In this document: one piece after another, positions 21,737-32,076 of the stretch
How the letters are laid out: each line of letters opens with the position of its first letter
Position numbering within the stretch: position 1 is the first letter of the stretch
NCBI RefSeq assembly: GCF_017635265.1
Contig: NZ_JAGBLU010000100.1
Location: 24,045 to 88,044, forward strand
DNA from: Butyrivibrio sp.
GTDB lineage: Bacteria > Bacillota > Clostridia > Lachnospirales > Lachnospiraceae
Reading direction: 5' to 3'
Length of the DNA stretch: 64,000 nucleotides
Made by a program: the position numbers and the translations under genes
The notes under the pieces: model-generated
What the model saw: the letters and a program-made list of their open reading frames with translations, nothing else
Databases searched by the model: none
Told to the model about the DNA's origin: nothing

Positions 21737-22645
21737 ATGGATAAAAAGAAAAACTTCCGCCAATGGCTTGGGCAGGAGAAAGTGGCAGGCTACGTATTCA
21801 GTTTGCCGTTTATCATTGGTTTTTTGATGTTCATGCTTATACCGATGATACTATCGCTCTACTTTTCATTTTGTAAGTACGACATTCAAAACCCTGCAAA
21901 ATTTATTGGTTTAAGGAATTATATAAACATTTTTACAGATGATGCATCTTTCTGGAAAGCTTTAAAGGTTACCTGTTATTATGCGCTTATCGGAACACCT
22001 TTAAAGGTTATATTTGCTCTTATCATCGCTCTTATTCTGGCAAAAGATACTAAGCTTACCGGTTTTTATCGCGCAGCATACTACCTTCCTTCAATTATCG
22101 GAGGATCTGTAGCTGTAGCAATTCTTTGGAGACGAATGTTTGAACCAACCGGTACTATCAACGCAATTCTTTCGGTAGTTTTTCCGGGAATTACCAATTT
22201 CAACTGGTTTGGTGAAGGAAGTGCCATTTGGGTTCTCATTATTTTGACGGTATGGCAGTTTGGATCTTCGATGCTTATTTTCCTGTCATCACTTAAACAA
22301 ATAAATCGTGAACTATATGAAGCTGCGGAGGTTGACGGAGCAAACAGGTGGAGACAGTTCTGGAAAATAACACTTCCTCTTTTGACACCTACAATATTCT
22401 TTAACCTTGTACAGCAGACCATCAATTCCTTCCTTGCCTTTACCCAGAGTAAACTTATTACTGATGGCCAGCCCAATGACAGTACCTTATTCTATACATT
22501 GTATGTGTATAAAAAGGCATTCCCTAACATGGGAAAGAGTCAGATGGGATATGCATCTGCTCTTGCATGGATCATGCTTATTATTATTTCCGCTGTGACA
22601 GCGCTTCTTTTCTGGAGCCGTAACAAGTGGGTATATGAAGACTAA
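21737..22645 (+). CDS. Carbohydrate ABC transporter permease (YesP-like)
   Basis: Multiple TM segments; EAA motif LYEAAEVDGANRWRQFWKITLP. Confidence 0.92.
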   Translation: MDKKKNFRQWLGQEKVAGYVFSLPFIIGFLMFMLIPMILSLYFSFCKYDIQNPAKFIGLRNYINIFTDDASFWKALKVTCYYALIGTPLKVIFALIIALILAKDTKLTGFYRAAYYLPSIIGGSVAVAILWRRMFEPTGTINAILSVVFPGITNFNWFGEGSAIWVLIILTVWQFGSSMLIFLSSLKQINRELYEAAEVDGANRWRQFWKITLPLLTPTIFFNLVQQTINSFLAFTQSKLITDGQPNDSTLFYTLYVYKKAFPNMGKSQMGYASALAWIMLIIISAVTALLFWSRNKWVYED

Positions 22646-22658
22646 GGGGGACGCTGAT

Positions 22659-23504
22659 ATGAATATGAAAAGAAAGATCTTGGATTTGATCTATCATATA
22701 CTGGTTCTTTGCGGAGCGTTTATTATGATCTACCCGCTTTTGTGGATGATCTTCAGCTCTTTTAAGCCAACTGATTATGTATTGCCAACTGCAAAACAGC
22801 TTATTCCGTCAGTTTGGACACTTGATAACTACAAGACAGGATGGAAGGGATTTATGGGTTACACCTTCGCAACCTTCTTTAAGAATTCCTTCTTTATTTC
22901 CATAACATCAACCTTTGGAACTTTAATTTCATCATCACTTGTGGCCTATGCACTTCAGAGACTTGACTTTAAGCTTAAAAAGCCTTTGTTCATTCTGGTG
23001 TTGTCCACTATGATGCTTCCGCCACAGATTCTGATGATTCCTCAGTACATGTGGTTTAGGAGACTTGGCTGGGTTGGAACATATTTTCCAATGATTCTGC
23101 CATACTTCTTTGCCATTCAGGGATTCTTTGTATACCTTATCATGAACTTTATTCAAGGGGTGCCCAAAGAACTTGATGAGGCTGCAAAGATTGATGGATG
23201 CTCATTTTATGGAATTTATTTCAGAATCATTCTGCCGCTTATCGTACCGGCCATGATAACAAGTGCCATCTTCTCATTTATATGGAGATGGGATGATTAT
23301 CTTTCAGCTTTGCTGTATGTAACAAAGCCTGAGATGAGACCAATATCACTTGCCTTAAAGCTCTTTAACGATCCGTCGGCAGGCTCTGATATCGGTGCAA
23401 CCCTTGCTATGTCAACGCTTTCAATCGTTCCTGCAACTATTCTTTTCCTGATATTCCAGAAGTCTTTGGTAGAGGGAATTGCAAGTTCAGGTATTAAAGG
23501 ATAA
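22659..23504 (+). CDS. Carbohydrate ABC transporter permease (YesQ-like)
   Basis: EAA motif ELDEAAKIDGCS; FIWRWDDY; C-terminal SLVEGIASSGIKG. Confidence 0.92.
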   Translation: MNMKRKILDLIYHILVLCGAFIMIYPLLWMIFSSFKPTDYVLPTAKQLIPSVWTLDNYKTGWKGFMGYTFATFFKNSFFISITSTFGTLISSSLVAYALQRLDFKLKKPLFILVLSTMMLPPQILMIPQYMWFRRLGWVGTYFPMILPYFFAIQGFFVYLIMNFIQGVPKELDEAAKIDGCSFYGIYFRIILPLIVPAMITSAIFSFIWRWDDYLSALLYVTKPEMRPISLALKLFNDPSAGSDIGATLAMSTLSIVPATILFLIFQKSLVEGIASSGIKG

Positions 23505-23510
23505 CTGCTC

Positions 23511-23674
23511 AAGATAAGTATCAGGATTGGGCTATGCGTAATCACTTTGGGGACGCTTTCGCTCCGCTGTGCTTCGTAGCAGTACTAATGTCATAAAGGA
23601 TATGACATAAGTACTGACGAGCACAGAGGCTCCCAAAGTTGCTTACGCATTTACCCAACCTTGGTACTTATCTT
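23511..23674. repeat. Long imperfect palindrome (~164 nt), MITE/REP-like
   Basis: Nested arms: AAGATAAGTA/TACTTATCTT, ATGCGTAA/TTACGCAT, ACTTTGGG/CCCAAAGT, CTGTGCT/AGCACAG, CAGTACT/AGTACTG, ATGTCATA/TATGACAT. Confidence 0.85.
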
Positions 23675-23726
23675 TTTATACTACAGCAGTTTATACACAA
23701 TTTGATTTTTGAAAGGAATGTTAACT

Positions 23727-25124
23727 ATGAACTACGAAAATGGAAAAATGAAGGATGTAAACATTGCCTATATAGGCGGTGGCTCCAGAGGCTGGGCGTG
23801 GACTTTTATGACAGATTTAGCCCTCGATGATGAAATATCAGGAACCATAAGGCTCTATGATATTGATGAAGCGGCTGCAGAGACCAATGCAGTTATAGGC
23901 AATAATCTTATGGCGAGGAAAGACGCAAAAGGTGACTGGAAGTTTGAAGTAAAAACTTCACTTGAAAGTGCTCTTACAGGAGCTGATTTTGTGGTAATTT
24001 CGATTTTGCCGGGAACTTTTGATGAGATGGAGTCAGATGTGCATCTTCCTGAAAGGCTCGGTGTATATCAGTCAGTAGGTGACACGGCAGGGTGCGGCGG
24101 AATGATCCGTGCTCTCAGGACTATTCCTATGTTCACAGAGATTGCAGAAGCTATCAGGAAGTATTCACCTGACGCATGGGTCATAAATTATACAAATCCA
24201 ATGTCACTTTGTGTGAAAGCGCTCTATGAGGCTTATCCTGAAATAAAAGCATTTGGATGTTGCCATGAAGTATTTGGAACCCAGAAGGTTTTACAGACAA
24301 TTTATGAAAAGGAGACAGGTGAGAAGATTTCCGACTGGCATGACGTTTATGTCAATGTGGTAGGAATCAATCATTTCACATGGTTTACAGAAAGCTCATA
24401 TAAGGGAACAGATCTTTTCACTATCTACAGAAGTTATATTGATAAGCATTTTGACGAAGGTGTCAACTTGGAAAGTGAGAATTGGCTCAATGCAAATTTT
24501 GTTTGTAAACACCGGGTGAAGATGGATCTTTTTAACAGATATGGACTTATAGCGGCAGCAGGTGACAGGCATCTTGCCGAGTTTATGCCGGGGAATGAGT
24601 ACTTAAAAGACCCTGAGACAGTTGCAAGCTGGAACTACGCTTTGACAAGCGTTGCATGGAGAAAGAAGGATTTGCAGGACAGACTTGAAAGAAGTAAGCG
24701 TCTTGCAAGCGGCGAGGAAAAGATGGAACTTAAGGAGACCGGAGAAGAAGGAATTCTTCTTATTAAGGCTCTTTGCGGACTAAGCAGATTTGTAAGTAAC
24801 GTCAATATTCCAAACTACGCGCTGCAAATTCCAAATCTTCCGGCAAGAGCTATAGTTGAGACCAATGCAGTGTTCTCAAGAGACTCTATCAGGCCTATAT
24901 ATGCAGGTGCTATCAAAGAGGATGTGAAAAAACTCATCGAGCCTCATATAAAGAACCATGAAAGAATCTACAAAGCGGCAACTACTTTTGATAAGTCACT
25001 TGTTTATGAAGCTTTTGAAAATGATCCGCAGTTTATCGGCAAGAACTGCTCTGTAGAAGATATTCATAAGCTTGTTGATGATATGATAGAAAATACTAAG
25101 ACTTACCTTCCAAAGGGCTGGTGA
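23727..25124 (+). CDS. GH4 alpha-galacturonidase (LplD-like)
   Basis: NAD-binding IGGGS, VGDTAG, NYTNP and the CHEV active-site motif (GCCHEVFG) described for GH4 alpha-galacturonidases. Confidence 0.85.
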   Translation: MNYENGKMKDVNIAYIGGGSRGWAWTFMTDLALDDEISGTIRLYDIDEAAAETNAVIGNNLMARKDAKGDWKFEVKTSLESALTGADFVVISILPGTFDEMESDVHLPERLGVYQSVGDTAGCGGMIRALRTIPMFTEIAEAIRKYSPDAWVINYTNPMSLCVKALYEAYPEIKAFGCCHEVFGTQKVLQTIYEKETGEKISDWHDVYVNVVGINHFTWFTESSYKGTDLFTIYRSYIDKHFDEGVNLESENWLNANFVCKHRVKMDLFNRYGLIAAAGDRHLAEFMPGNEYLKDPETVASWNYALTSVAWRKKDLQDRLERSKRLASGEEKMELKETGEEGILLIKALCGLSRFVSNVNIPNYALQIPNLPARAIVETNAVFSRDSIRPIYAGAIKEDVKKLIEPHIKNHERIYKAATTFDKSLVYEAFENDPQFIGKNCSVEDIHKLVDDMIENTKTYLPKGW

Positions 25125-25184
25125 GTGGTAATCACTGTTGATGATACCGCAGCGTTAAATGAAGGAAAAAGGGTGCAGTTGAAA

Positions 25185-25227
25185 AAAATACCAACGCAGG
25201 GACATTAGTCCTTATGTTGGTATTTTT
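25185..25227. terminator. Bidirectional terminator between GH4 and GH43
   Basis: AAAAATACCAAC...GGAC-atta-GTCC...GTTGGTATTTTT. Confidence 0.7.
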
Positions 25228-25255
25228 GTATAATGAAATTCTTTAAAAATATTTT

Positions 25256-26122
25256 TTATCTTGCCAGCGAGTCTTCGTTAATCGGTATGAAAACAGGGTG
25301 TTCTTTGGGTGTTTCATTTGGCTGGTGAAGAACCATCATAAGTTCGCCTTTAAATGTTCTAAAGAGCATGCCGTGGCCACCATCTTTATCAAAAAGAGGC
25401 TTTTCGTCTATGGTCCAGTTGCCGTCAATGTTTCCGTTATCGGAGCGGGCAATGGCTTCTGCGTAGCCGCCTTCCGAGATGCTTGCCCAAAGCATGATAA
25501 GTTCTCCGTTATCAAGACGGTGCATGAATGGACCGTCTGTTACGTAGCAGATTTCATTGCGAAGTCTATGCTTCATTCCCTTTACCCATGGTTTTGCCTG
25601 AGACGCCTTGAAAAGTGTGACTGGTTCTGATACGGGGCGAGTCAGATCATCAGAGAGTTCAACAGAGCAAATCTCCCCATCTGCGAGGTCTACCCACTCA
25701 TGGCTGAAAATCATATAAGGCTTTCCTTCAGGAGATAAATAGAATGTTCCATCAAGGCTGTTCCATTCATCCGGAGTTATTTTGCCGTTACTGTGAACCT
25801 TAAAAGGTCCAAGAGGGCTTTCAGATGACAGGATCATAGTGCCTTTTTTATCAAGAGCCTCAGAATTAAATGTCGCAAACATGTAAAAAGTGTTATTGTA
25901 GATATGTACTTCAGGAGCCCAGTAGTTTTTGTCAGCCCAGAAATTTTCAGGCTTGTGGAATACTTCAAAAGGGCCGTCCCAGTTTACCAGGTCCTTACTG
26001 GTATAGCAGTCAAAACCGTCAGCAAGTCCCCAACAGGTCTTTGCACGGGTTCCATACATGTAATAAGTGTCTTTATAAGGTAATACAAAGGGATCACGTA
26101 TGTTGATTTCTTTAAGTGTCAT
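25256..26122 (-). CDS. Glycoside hydrolase family 43 (arabinosidase/arabinanase-like)
   Basis: IRDPFV, YWAPEV, SLDGTFY, VTDGPF, DGGHGMLF five-bladed-propeller motifs. Start placed at MTLKE with a GAGG RBS. Confidence 0.88.
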   Translation of the reverse strand: MTLKEINIRDPFVLPYKDTYYMYGTRAKTCWGLADGFDCYTSKDLVNWDGPFEVFHKPENFWADKNYWAPEVHIYNNTFYMFATFNSEALDKKGTMILSSESPLGPFKVHSNGKITPDEWNSLDGTFYLSPEGKPYMIFSHEWVDLADGEICSVELSDDLTRPVSEPVTLFKASQAKPWVKGMKHRLRNEICYVTDGPFMHRLDNGELIMLWASISEGGYAEAIARSDNGNIDGNWTIDEKPLFDKDGGHGMLFRTFKGELMMVLHQPNETPKEHPVFIPINEDSLAR

Positions 26123-26265
26123 AGTAAAAACCTCGTTTTTGTTTTTCATTTTATCACATAGAAGTTTTAATAGAATCACTATTTTTGATATAAAAACAGC
26201 AAAAAATGCACCTTGCATTATAAACGGTTTATAGTTAGTCATGACTTATATTTGGTGGAGGAAGG

Positions 26266-27138
26266 ATGTACAAGGAAGTATATAAAGGGGAGTATGACGG
26301 AGTTGCAGTAGGAAGAGTCTGTAGAAATCAGAATTTTACCACAAGTATTTCCTATTATCACAATGAGTACCAGATTCAATACATTTTTGATGGAGAGAGA
26401 TATTTCTTTTCAGATGGAAATTGCTATCGCATGATGCCGGGGACAATTACTATCATTGATAAAGCAAAGATTCCAAAGACAAATATTATAGGCGGAAGCA
26501 GTCACGACAGGCTTCTCATCGAAATGAAGGAAAGTGCCATAGCGCCGCTATGCAGGCTTTTGGGATTTGATATAAAGAGCTTTTTTGGCAGTCACCACGG
26601 AGTGTATCAGGTATCGGATAATGCCTGTGTTCAGGGGATTATATCAGGCATAGAGAAACTTGCAACCGGTAAAAGAGATAGCACTACCTCCGGCAAAATA
26701 AAGCTTGAAGTAATGCAAATGTTTTTAAGGGCATCCGAATGGGAAAAGAGTAAAATCTGTAAGTTTGACGAAATCGGTATAAAACCTCATGTAGAGAAGC
26801 AGCGAAAGGTACATCAGGTGGCGGATTATATCGCTGAGAATTATGACAGGATTGACAGCGTATCCTCACTTGCGGATCAGTTTTATATGAGCAAGGCATA
26901 TCTATGCAGAATCTTCAGGGAAGTCACAAACTTTACTATTTCAGAGTACATCAATCTGTACAGAATAGCAGCCAGTAAGCAGTTTCTTATGAATGAAGAA
27001 ATGAGTATGGCGGAAATTGCAAACAGGCTTGGTTATGACAGCCTCACATATTTTGAGAGAGTATTTAAAAAGCAGATGACTGTTACACCGCTTCAGTACA
27101 GAAAAAGTATATCTGTCAAGGAAACGCGCATAAAGTAA
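26266..27138 (+). CDS. AraC-family transcriptional regulator
   Basis: N-terminal cupin-like YHNEYQIQY; C-terminal LADQFYMSKAYLCRIFRE...IANRLGYDSLTYFERVFKK. Confidence 0.92.
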   Translation: MYKEVYKGEYDGVAVGRVCRNQNFTTSISYYHNEYQIQYIFDGERYFFSDGNCYRMMPGTITIIDKAKIPKTNIIGGSSHDRLLIEMKESAIAPLCRLLGFDIKSFFGSHHGVYQVSDNACVQGIISGIEKLATGKRDSTTSGKIKLEVMQMFLRASEWEKSKICKFDEIGIKPHVEKQRKVHQVADYIAENYDRIDSVSSLADQFYMSKAYLCRIFREVTNFTISEYINLYRIAASKQFLMNEEMSMAEIANRLGYDSLTYFERVFKKQMTVTPLQYRKSISVKETRIK

Positions 27139-27381
27139 CTGTTTTCCGGGTGCGGTAAATATAGTTTGAAAATCCATTTAGTTTTCACTTTATTGTCAGA
27201 ATCGCCTAAAAATATTGAATAAAGGCGCCTTGGGTTGTAAGATTTACACAACAAAGACGTCTTTATTATTGAGTAGAAGGTCTATACTCAAAACCAATCC
27301 AAACATTTTTGTTCTATTTTTACAGCTCTAAATGATGGAAAGAATAATAACAGTATGATGAGAAGGATTTAGGAGGGGAAC

Positions 27382-28782
27382 ATGAAGAAGAGAATTGTTA
27401 GTTGTTTACTGGCAGCAGCTATGGTTGCAGGTTCAATTGTTGGTTGTGGAAGCCAGCCTGCGCAGGCGCCTTCAGATAGTCAGGCTCCTGCAGCTGAGTC
27501 AAAGGAAGAAGCTCCTGCAGCTGAGGCAAAAGAGGAAGCGTCTGCAGAGACACCTTCATCTGACGAGCCTATCACACTCAGAATGGCATGGTGGGGATCA
27601 CAGGACAGACACGATAAGACAATTGCAGCAATCGAGCTGTATGAAAGCCTTAATCCCAATGTAAACATTGAATATGAGTATTATTCATTTGATGACTATT
27701 TTACAAAGTTAAAGACACTGGTTGCTTCTGATGAAGTTTGGGATGTATTTCAGCTTGGCGGAAACTTCCCTATGTATCTTGATAAAATATACCCACTTGA
27801 TGAGTTCATTTCCTCAGGAGTTGTGGATGTTTCCAAAATTTCCGAGGCGAACCTTAAAACTACAAGAGAAACTGACGGAACACAGCTTGGTCTTACAAAT
27901 GGTATAAACACTTATGGTATAGCATATGACCCTGCTATGTTTGAAGAGGCAGGAGCTGCCCTTCCTACAGATGACTGGACATGGGAAGATTATCAGAAGG
28001 CAGCAGATCTCATTACAGAAAAGCTTGGAATCTTTGGCTCATCAACATTCCTTACATCAGATTTCATCGCAGGTTGCTCAACATATATTGCTCAGCAGGG
28101 AGACCTTGGACAGAACAGCTTCTTTAACCTTGATCTCACAGGAATGGGATTTGATGATCCACAGATGCTTGCTCCATTTATTCAGATGAGAGCAGACATG
28201 ATAAAGAAGGGTTCATACCCGGATGCAGGTGCATCAGCAGAAGTTACTAACATCGAGAATGATTTCCTTGTAACAGGCGAAGCAGCTATGACCTGGGTTG
28301 CTGTTAACCAGTTCCCAACAATTTACAACGTATGTGCTGAACAGGGAAGAGAGCTTGCACTTGCTCATTTACCAAAGGTAACTGCCAGCGGCAACTCCGG
28401 AACTTTGATCCAATCCTCCCAGATGTTGTGTGTTTCACAGGATTCAGAGCACAAAGAGGCCGCTGCAGCATTTATCAGCTGGTTTGAAAACGATATAGAT
28501 TGCAACAATATCCTTCAGGCTGAGAGAGGCATTCCCGCAAACGAGGATGTAAGAGCAGCACTTGCTGCATCAGCAACACCGGCTCAGCAGATTATGTACG
28601 ATTATGTTGATTCAGTCAGCAAGATGCCTACACCAAAGGAGTACAACGTTCTTTCTCCGGACGGACAGGATCAGGTACAGGACAATTACCTCAATTACAT
28701 TCAGCAGGTTGTAAACGGAGAGATCACAGCATCTGAAGCAGCAGAAAAGACATATGCAGATGCCGAGGCTATTTTCAAGTAA
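27382..28782 (+). CDS. Carbohydrate ABC transporter substrate-binding lipoprotein (YesO-like)
   Basis: Lipobox IVGC; ITLRMAWWGSQDRHDKT; ERGIPAN. Confidence 0.9.
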   Translation: MKKRIVSCLLAAAMVAGSIVGCGSQPAQAPSDSQAPAAESKEEAPAAEAKEEASAETPSSDEPITLRMAWWGSQDRHDKTIAAIELYESLNPNVNIEYEYYSFDDYFTKLKTLVASDEVWDVFQLGGNFPMYLDKIYPLDEFISSGVVDVSKISEANLKTTRETDGTQLGLTNGINTYGIAYDPAMFEEAGAALPTDDWTWEDYQKAADLITEKLGIFGSSTFLTSDFIAGCSTYIAQQGDLGQNSFFNLDLTGMGFDDPQMLAPFIQMRADMIKKGSYPDAGASAEVTNIENDFLVTGEAAMTWVAVNQFPTIYNVCAEQGRELALAHLPKVTASGNSGTLIQSSQMLCVSQDSEHKEAAAAFISWFENDIDCNNILQAERGIPANEDVRAALAASATPAQQIMYDYVDSVSKMPTPKEYNVLSPDGQDQVQDNYLNYIQQVVNGEITASEAAEKTYADAEAIFK

Positions 28783-28793
28783 TAAATGATTTT

Positions 28794-28834
28794 AAATCCT
28801 GCCCGTAGAAATAAGCGAGCAGGATTTTCTTTTT
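28794..28834 (+). terminator. Hairpin with U-tract after the SBP gene
   Basis: AAATCCTGCCCG...CGAGCAGGATTT-TCTTTTT. Confidence 0.6.
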
Positions 28835-28853
28835 GGATTAAATTACTTGGTAT

Positions 28854-28886
28854 ATACATTCTTGGATTTTTAATTCAGGAATGCAT
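28854..28886. repeat. Second copy of the 33-bp palindromic repeat seen at 16081-16113
   Basis: ATACATTCTTGGATTTTTAATTCAGGAATGCAT is 30/33 identical to ATGCATTCTTGAATTATTAATTCAGGAATGCAT. Confidence 0.75.
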
Positions 28887-28902
28887 AAAAGGGGAGTTAA
28901 AT

Positions 28903-29820
28903 ATGGGAGAAACGAATAAAAAAGCACAGTCGCTAAGCCGTATATTTAACAGCGACATTGTTGTGGGACATGTTTTTGCAGCGCCGTTTATTTTTGGATT
29001 TGTGTGCTTTTCATTTATTCCGATATGCATGTCGCTATACTATTCATTTACTGATTATTCTCTTGGGAGCAAGATAGCAGTATTTGTGGGACTAAAAAAC
29101 TTTTTTATGCTCTTTAAGGATGAGGTGTTTATAAAGTCAATAAACAAGACACTTCAGTATGTCTTTATAGCTGTTCCCATAAAGCTTTCTTTTGCTCTTT
29201 TGGTTGCATTTGTCCTTACCAGAAAAAGCAAGATGGTTACGCTTTACAGATCCTTGTACTATGTACCTTCACTGGTTGGAGGGTCAGTTGCTGTTGCCCT
29301 TGTGTGGAAGCAGCTTTTTGCCAGAAAAGGTCTTTTTAACTCAGTTCTCGTAAATATGGGATTTGAGAAGATTAACTGGTTTGGAAGTGAAGCTCTTGCC
29401 ATCTATCCGCTAATTCTCATGGCTGTGTGGCAGTTTGGCTCATCCATGATAATTTTCGCTGCGGGGTTAAAAGAAATACCGACAACCTACTACGAAGCAG
29501 CAGAAATTGATGGTGCAAACGGTTTTCAGAGGTTCTTTAAGATAACGCTTCCATGCCTTTCACCAATTATCCTTTATAACCTTATAATGCAGACAATTTC
29601 AGCATTTATGACATTTACGCAGGCATTTGTCATAACCGGTGGTGGACCAAACAATGCCACAATGCTATATGCCCTCAATGTTTATAACCAGGCATTTAAG
29701 TACAACAATATGGGCTATGCCTGTGCTATGAGCTGGGTAATGCTTATCGTAATGAGCCTTATTACACTTGTGATATTCAGAACATCAAAGTTCTGGGTAT
29801 TTAGTGAGTCGGAAGGTTAA
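28903..29820 (+). CDS. Carbohydrate ABC transporter permease
   Basis: GGGGAG RBS before MGETNKK; EAA motif YYEAAEIDGANGFQRFFKITLP. Confidence 0.92.
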   Translation: MGETNKKAQSLSRIFNSDIVVGHVFAAPFIFGFVCFSFIPICMSLYYSFTDYSLGSKIAVFVGLKNFFMLFKDEVFIKSINKTLQYVFIAVPIKLSFALLVAFVLTRKSKMVTLYRSLYYVPSLVGGSVAVALVWKQLFARKGLFNSVLVNMGFEKINWFGSEALAIYPLILMAVWQFGSSMIIFAAGLKEIPTTYYEAAEIDGANGFQRFFKITLPCLSPIILYNLIMQTISAFMTFTQAFVITGGGPNNATMLYALNVYNQAFKYNNMGYACAMSWVMLIVMSLITLVIFRTSKFWVFSESEG

Positions 29821-29831
29821 AGGGGGCAGCA

Positions 29832-30674
29832 ATGAGAGAAAAGAAAATTGTAAAGAAAACTTTATATCATATTTTGGTGCTGCTCTTTGGATTTGTGATG
29901 ATATATCCGGTTCTTTGGATGATAAGCGGCTCTTTTAAGGATAATTCAGAGATACTAAGGGGAACATTGAGCCTGATACCTGTGGATTTTAAATCATCAA
30001 ATTATCATACGGGCTGGAAGGGCTTTGGAGGAACTACATTTGCCACATTCTTTAAAAACTCAATTTTTGTAACAACCGTAGCAACCTTTGGAACAGTACT
30101 TTCATCCTCACTTGTAGCATATTCTTTTTCCAGAATAAAGTTCAAGGGAAGGAATCTGTGGTTCACATTTATGCTGGCAACAATGATGCTACCGGGACAG
30201 GTTATCATGATTCCGCAGTATCTTATTTACTATAGGTTGGGGCTGGTTCCGGGATACGTACCTCTTATACTTCCGTATTTTTGCGGTCAGGCCTTTTTCA
30301 TCTATCAGATGATGCAGTTTATGCAGGGGATTCCAAGGGAGCTGGACGAGGCAGCCAAAATAGACGGATGCAGTAAATACGGAATTTATTCAAGAATAGT
30401 GCTTCCTCTTTTAAAACCGGCAATTGTTACAACTATCATTATTCAATTCTACTGGAAATGGGATGACTACATGGGACCGCTTCTGTACCTATCAAGGCCC
30501 CAGTCCTATACCGCTTCAATTGCCATAAAGCTTTTTGCGGATTCGGCTTCTGTCACTGACTACGGTGCAATGTTTGCCATGTCTACGCTTTCTCTGGTGC
30601 CGGTATTTTTGATATTCCTTTTCTTTAACAAGTATCTCGTTGAAGGAATCGGAACAAGCGGATTGAAAGGATGA
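29832..30674 (+). CDS. Carbohydrate ABC transporter permease
   Basis: ELDEAAKIDGCS; YWKWDDY; YLVEGIGTSGLKG. Confidence 0.92.
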   Translation: MREKKIVKKTLYHILVLLFGFVMIYPVLWMISGSFKDNSEILRGTLSLIPVDFKSSNYHTGWKGFGGTTFATFFKNSIFVTTVATFGTVLSSSLVAYSFSRIKFKGRNLWFTFMLATMMLPGQVIMIPQYLIYYRLGLVPGYVPLILPYFCGQAFFIYQMMQFMQGIPRELDEAAKIDGCSKYGIYSRIVLPLLKPAIVTTIIIQFYWKWDDYMGPLLYLSRPQSYTASIAIKLFADSASVTDYGAMFAMSTLSLVPVFLIFLFFNKYLVEGIGTSGLKG

Positions 30675-30678
30675 CTTT

Positions 30679-32076
30679 ATGGATGAGACAAAAGTGGTTT
30701 TTGAGATTTCAAATAAGCTGATACAAAAGCTTTTTGACTCTGCTGAAGAAAAATGCAGGCTTAACGTAAAGTCTTTTGCCGGAAAAAAAGTTCTTATAGA
30801 AGGCGGAGGGTACAATAAAGTCTGGATTGAGACTCAGCCTATGGGCGGAGCTATGTATGCAAAAAGAGATCTGGAAGTTGCCTATAACAATCAGAAAATC
30901 TTCATGGATCATCAAAGGGAAGACGGACGACTTCCCGGCAGTATAGAGTGCAGAGATGGAAGGCTTATTCCTCAATTTGACAAGTTCCAGGGGTTTTGCT
31001 TTCCGGGGCCTGCTTTGGATGTTTACTATCTGACAGGAAAAAATAATGAGTATCTGGATCAGCTCTATGAGGTCCTTAGAAAATATGATGAATATCTGTG
31101 GAAAGTAAGGGATTCCGATAATGATGGTTGTCTTGAGAGCTGGTGCAAATATGATACCGGAGAAGACAATGCTGTAAGATACGGAAATGCGCCGGACTAT
31201 TGGGAGAGCGACAAGCCTCCGAGAGGCTTTGATGTTGTACCTATGGCTTCTATGGACTTTATGAGCTTTTCATATGCAGCCAAAGATACTATGGCTAGGA
31301 TAGCTCAAATAAAAGGCGACAGCTCACTTTTTGAATATCATAGAATTGATGCCGATGCACTAAAACTAAGAATAAAAATAATCCTGTGGGATGAAGAAAA
31401 AGGAGCATTTTTTGACAGAGACAAAAATCACAGGCTTCTTCCAACGCTTACGCATAACAATCTCAGAATGATGTATTGGAACAGCATGACAAGGGATGAA
31501 GCTGAAATATTTGTTAAAAAGCATCTTTTGAATGAGAAAGAGTTCTGGACCAATATGCCGCTTCCATCTGTGTCAATTTCAGACCCACTCTACAGAAATT
31601 ACGGTGAGAACAATTGGAGTGGACAGTCTCAGGCCCTTACATATCAGCGAGCCATAACAGCCCTTGAAAACTACGGATATTATGATATTATTCCAAGGCT
31701 CGGAAGAAAGCTTTTTGAGGCCATTGGTATAAACTGTGTTTTTGTGCAGCAGTATGATCCCATTACCATGAAACCGTCTCTTAACAGTGTGGCAGGGGGG
31801 CAAGACGCTTATGGACCGGCGATGCTTGCGGTTCTGGAATATATCAGCAGAATGTATGGCGTCGTAGTGCATAGGGACAGGCTGATCTGGAGCAGTGTAA
31901 AAGAGGATACAGGCTTATATGAACAGCATATGAATGGGCATGTTTACAGGCTTGAACATGAGCAGAATAAAGCTTATGCTGTTATTGACGGAAAACAAAT
32001 TTTTTCTTTTGAAAGAGGAAAACGTGTGGAAACAGATTTGTCCGGAAAGGAGCATATAAGTAGCAATGACCTATAA
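30679..32076 (+). CDS. Putative (alpha/alpha)6 glycoside hydrolase, GH63/MGH1/trehalase-like
   Basis: QREDGRLPG, DTGEDNAVRY, LWDEEKGAFFD, FWTNMPLPSVS, NWSG, QQYDP are typical of this fold. Confidence 0.6.
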   Translation: MDETKVVFEISNKLIQKLFDSAEEKCRLNVKSFAGKKVLIEGGGYNKVWIETQPMGGAMYAKRDLEVAYNNQKIFMDHQREDGRLPGSIECRDGRLIPQFDKFQGFCFPGPALDVYYLTGKNNEYLDQLYEVLRKYDEYLWKVRDSDNDGCLESWCKYDTGEDNAVRYGNAPDYWESDKPPRGFDVVPMASMDFMSFSYAAKDTMARIAQIKGDSSLFEYHRIDADALKLRIKIILWDEEKGAFFDRDKNHRLLPTLTHNNLRMMYWNSMTRDEAEIFVKKHLLNEKEFWTNMPLPSVSISDPLYRNYGENNWSGQSQALTYQRAITALENYGYYDIIPRLGRKLFEAIGINCVFVQQYDPITMKPSLNSVAGGQDAYGPAMLAVLEYISRMYGVVVHRDRLIWSSVKEDTGLYEQHMNGHVYRLEHEQNKAYAVIDGKQIFSFERGKRVETDLSGKEHISSNDL

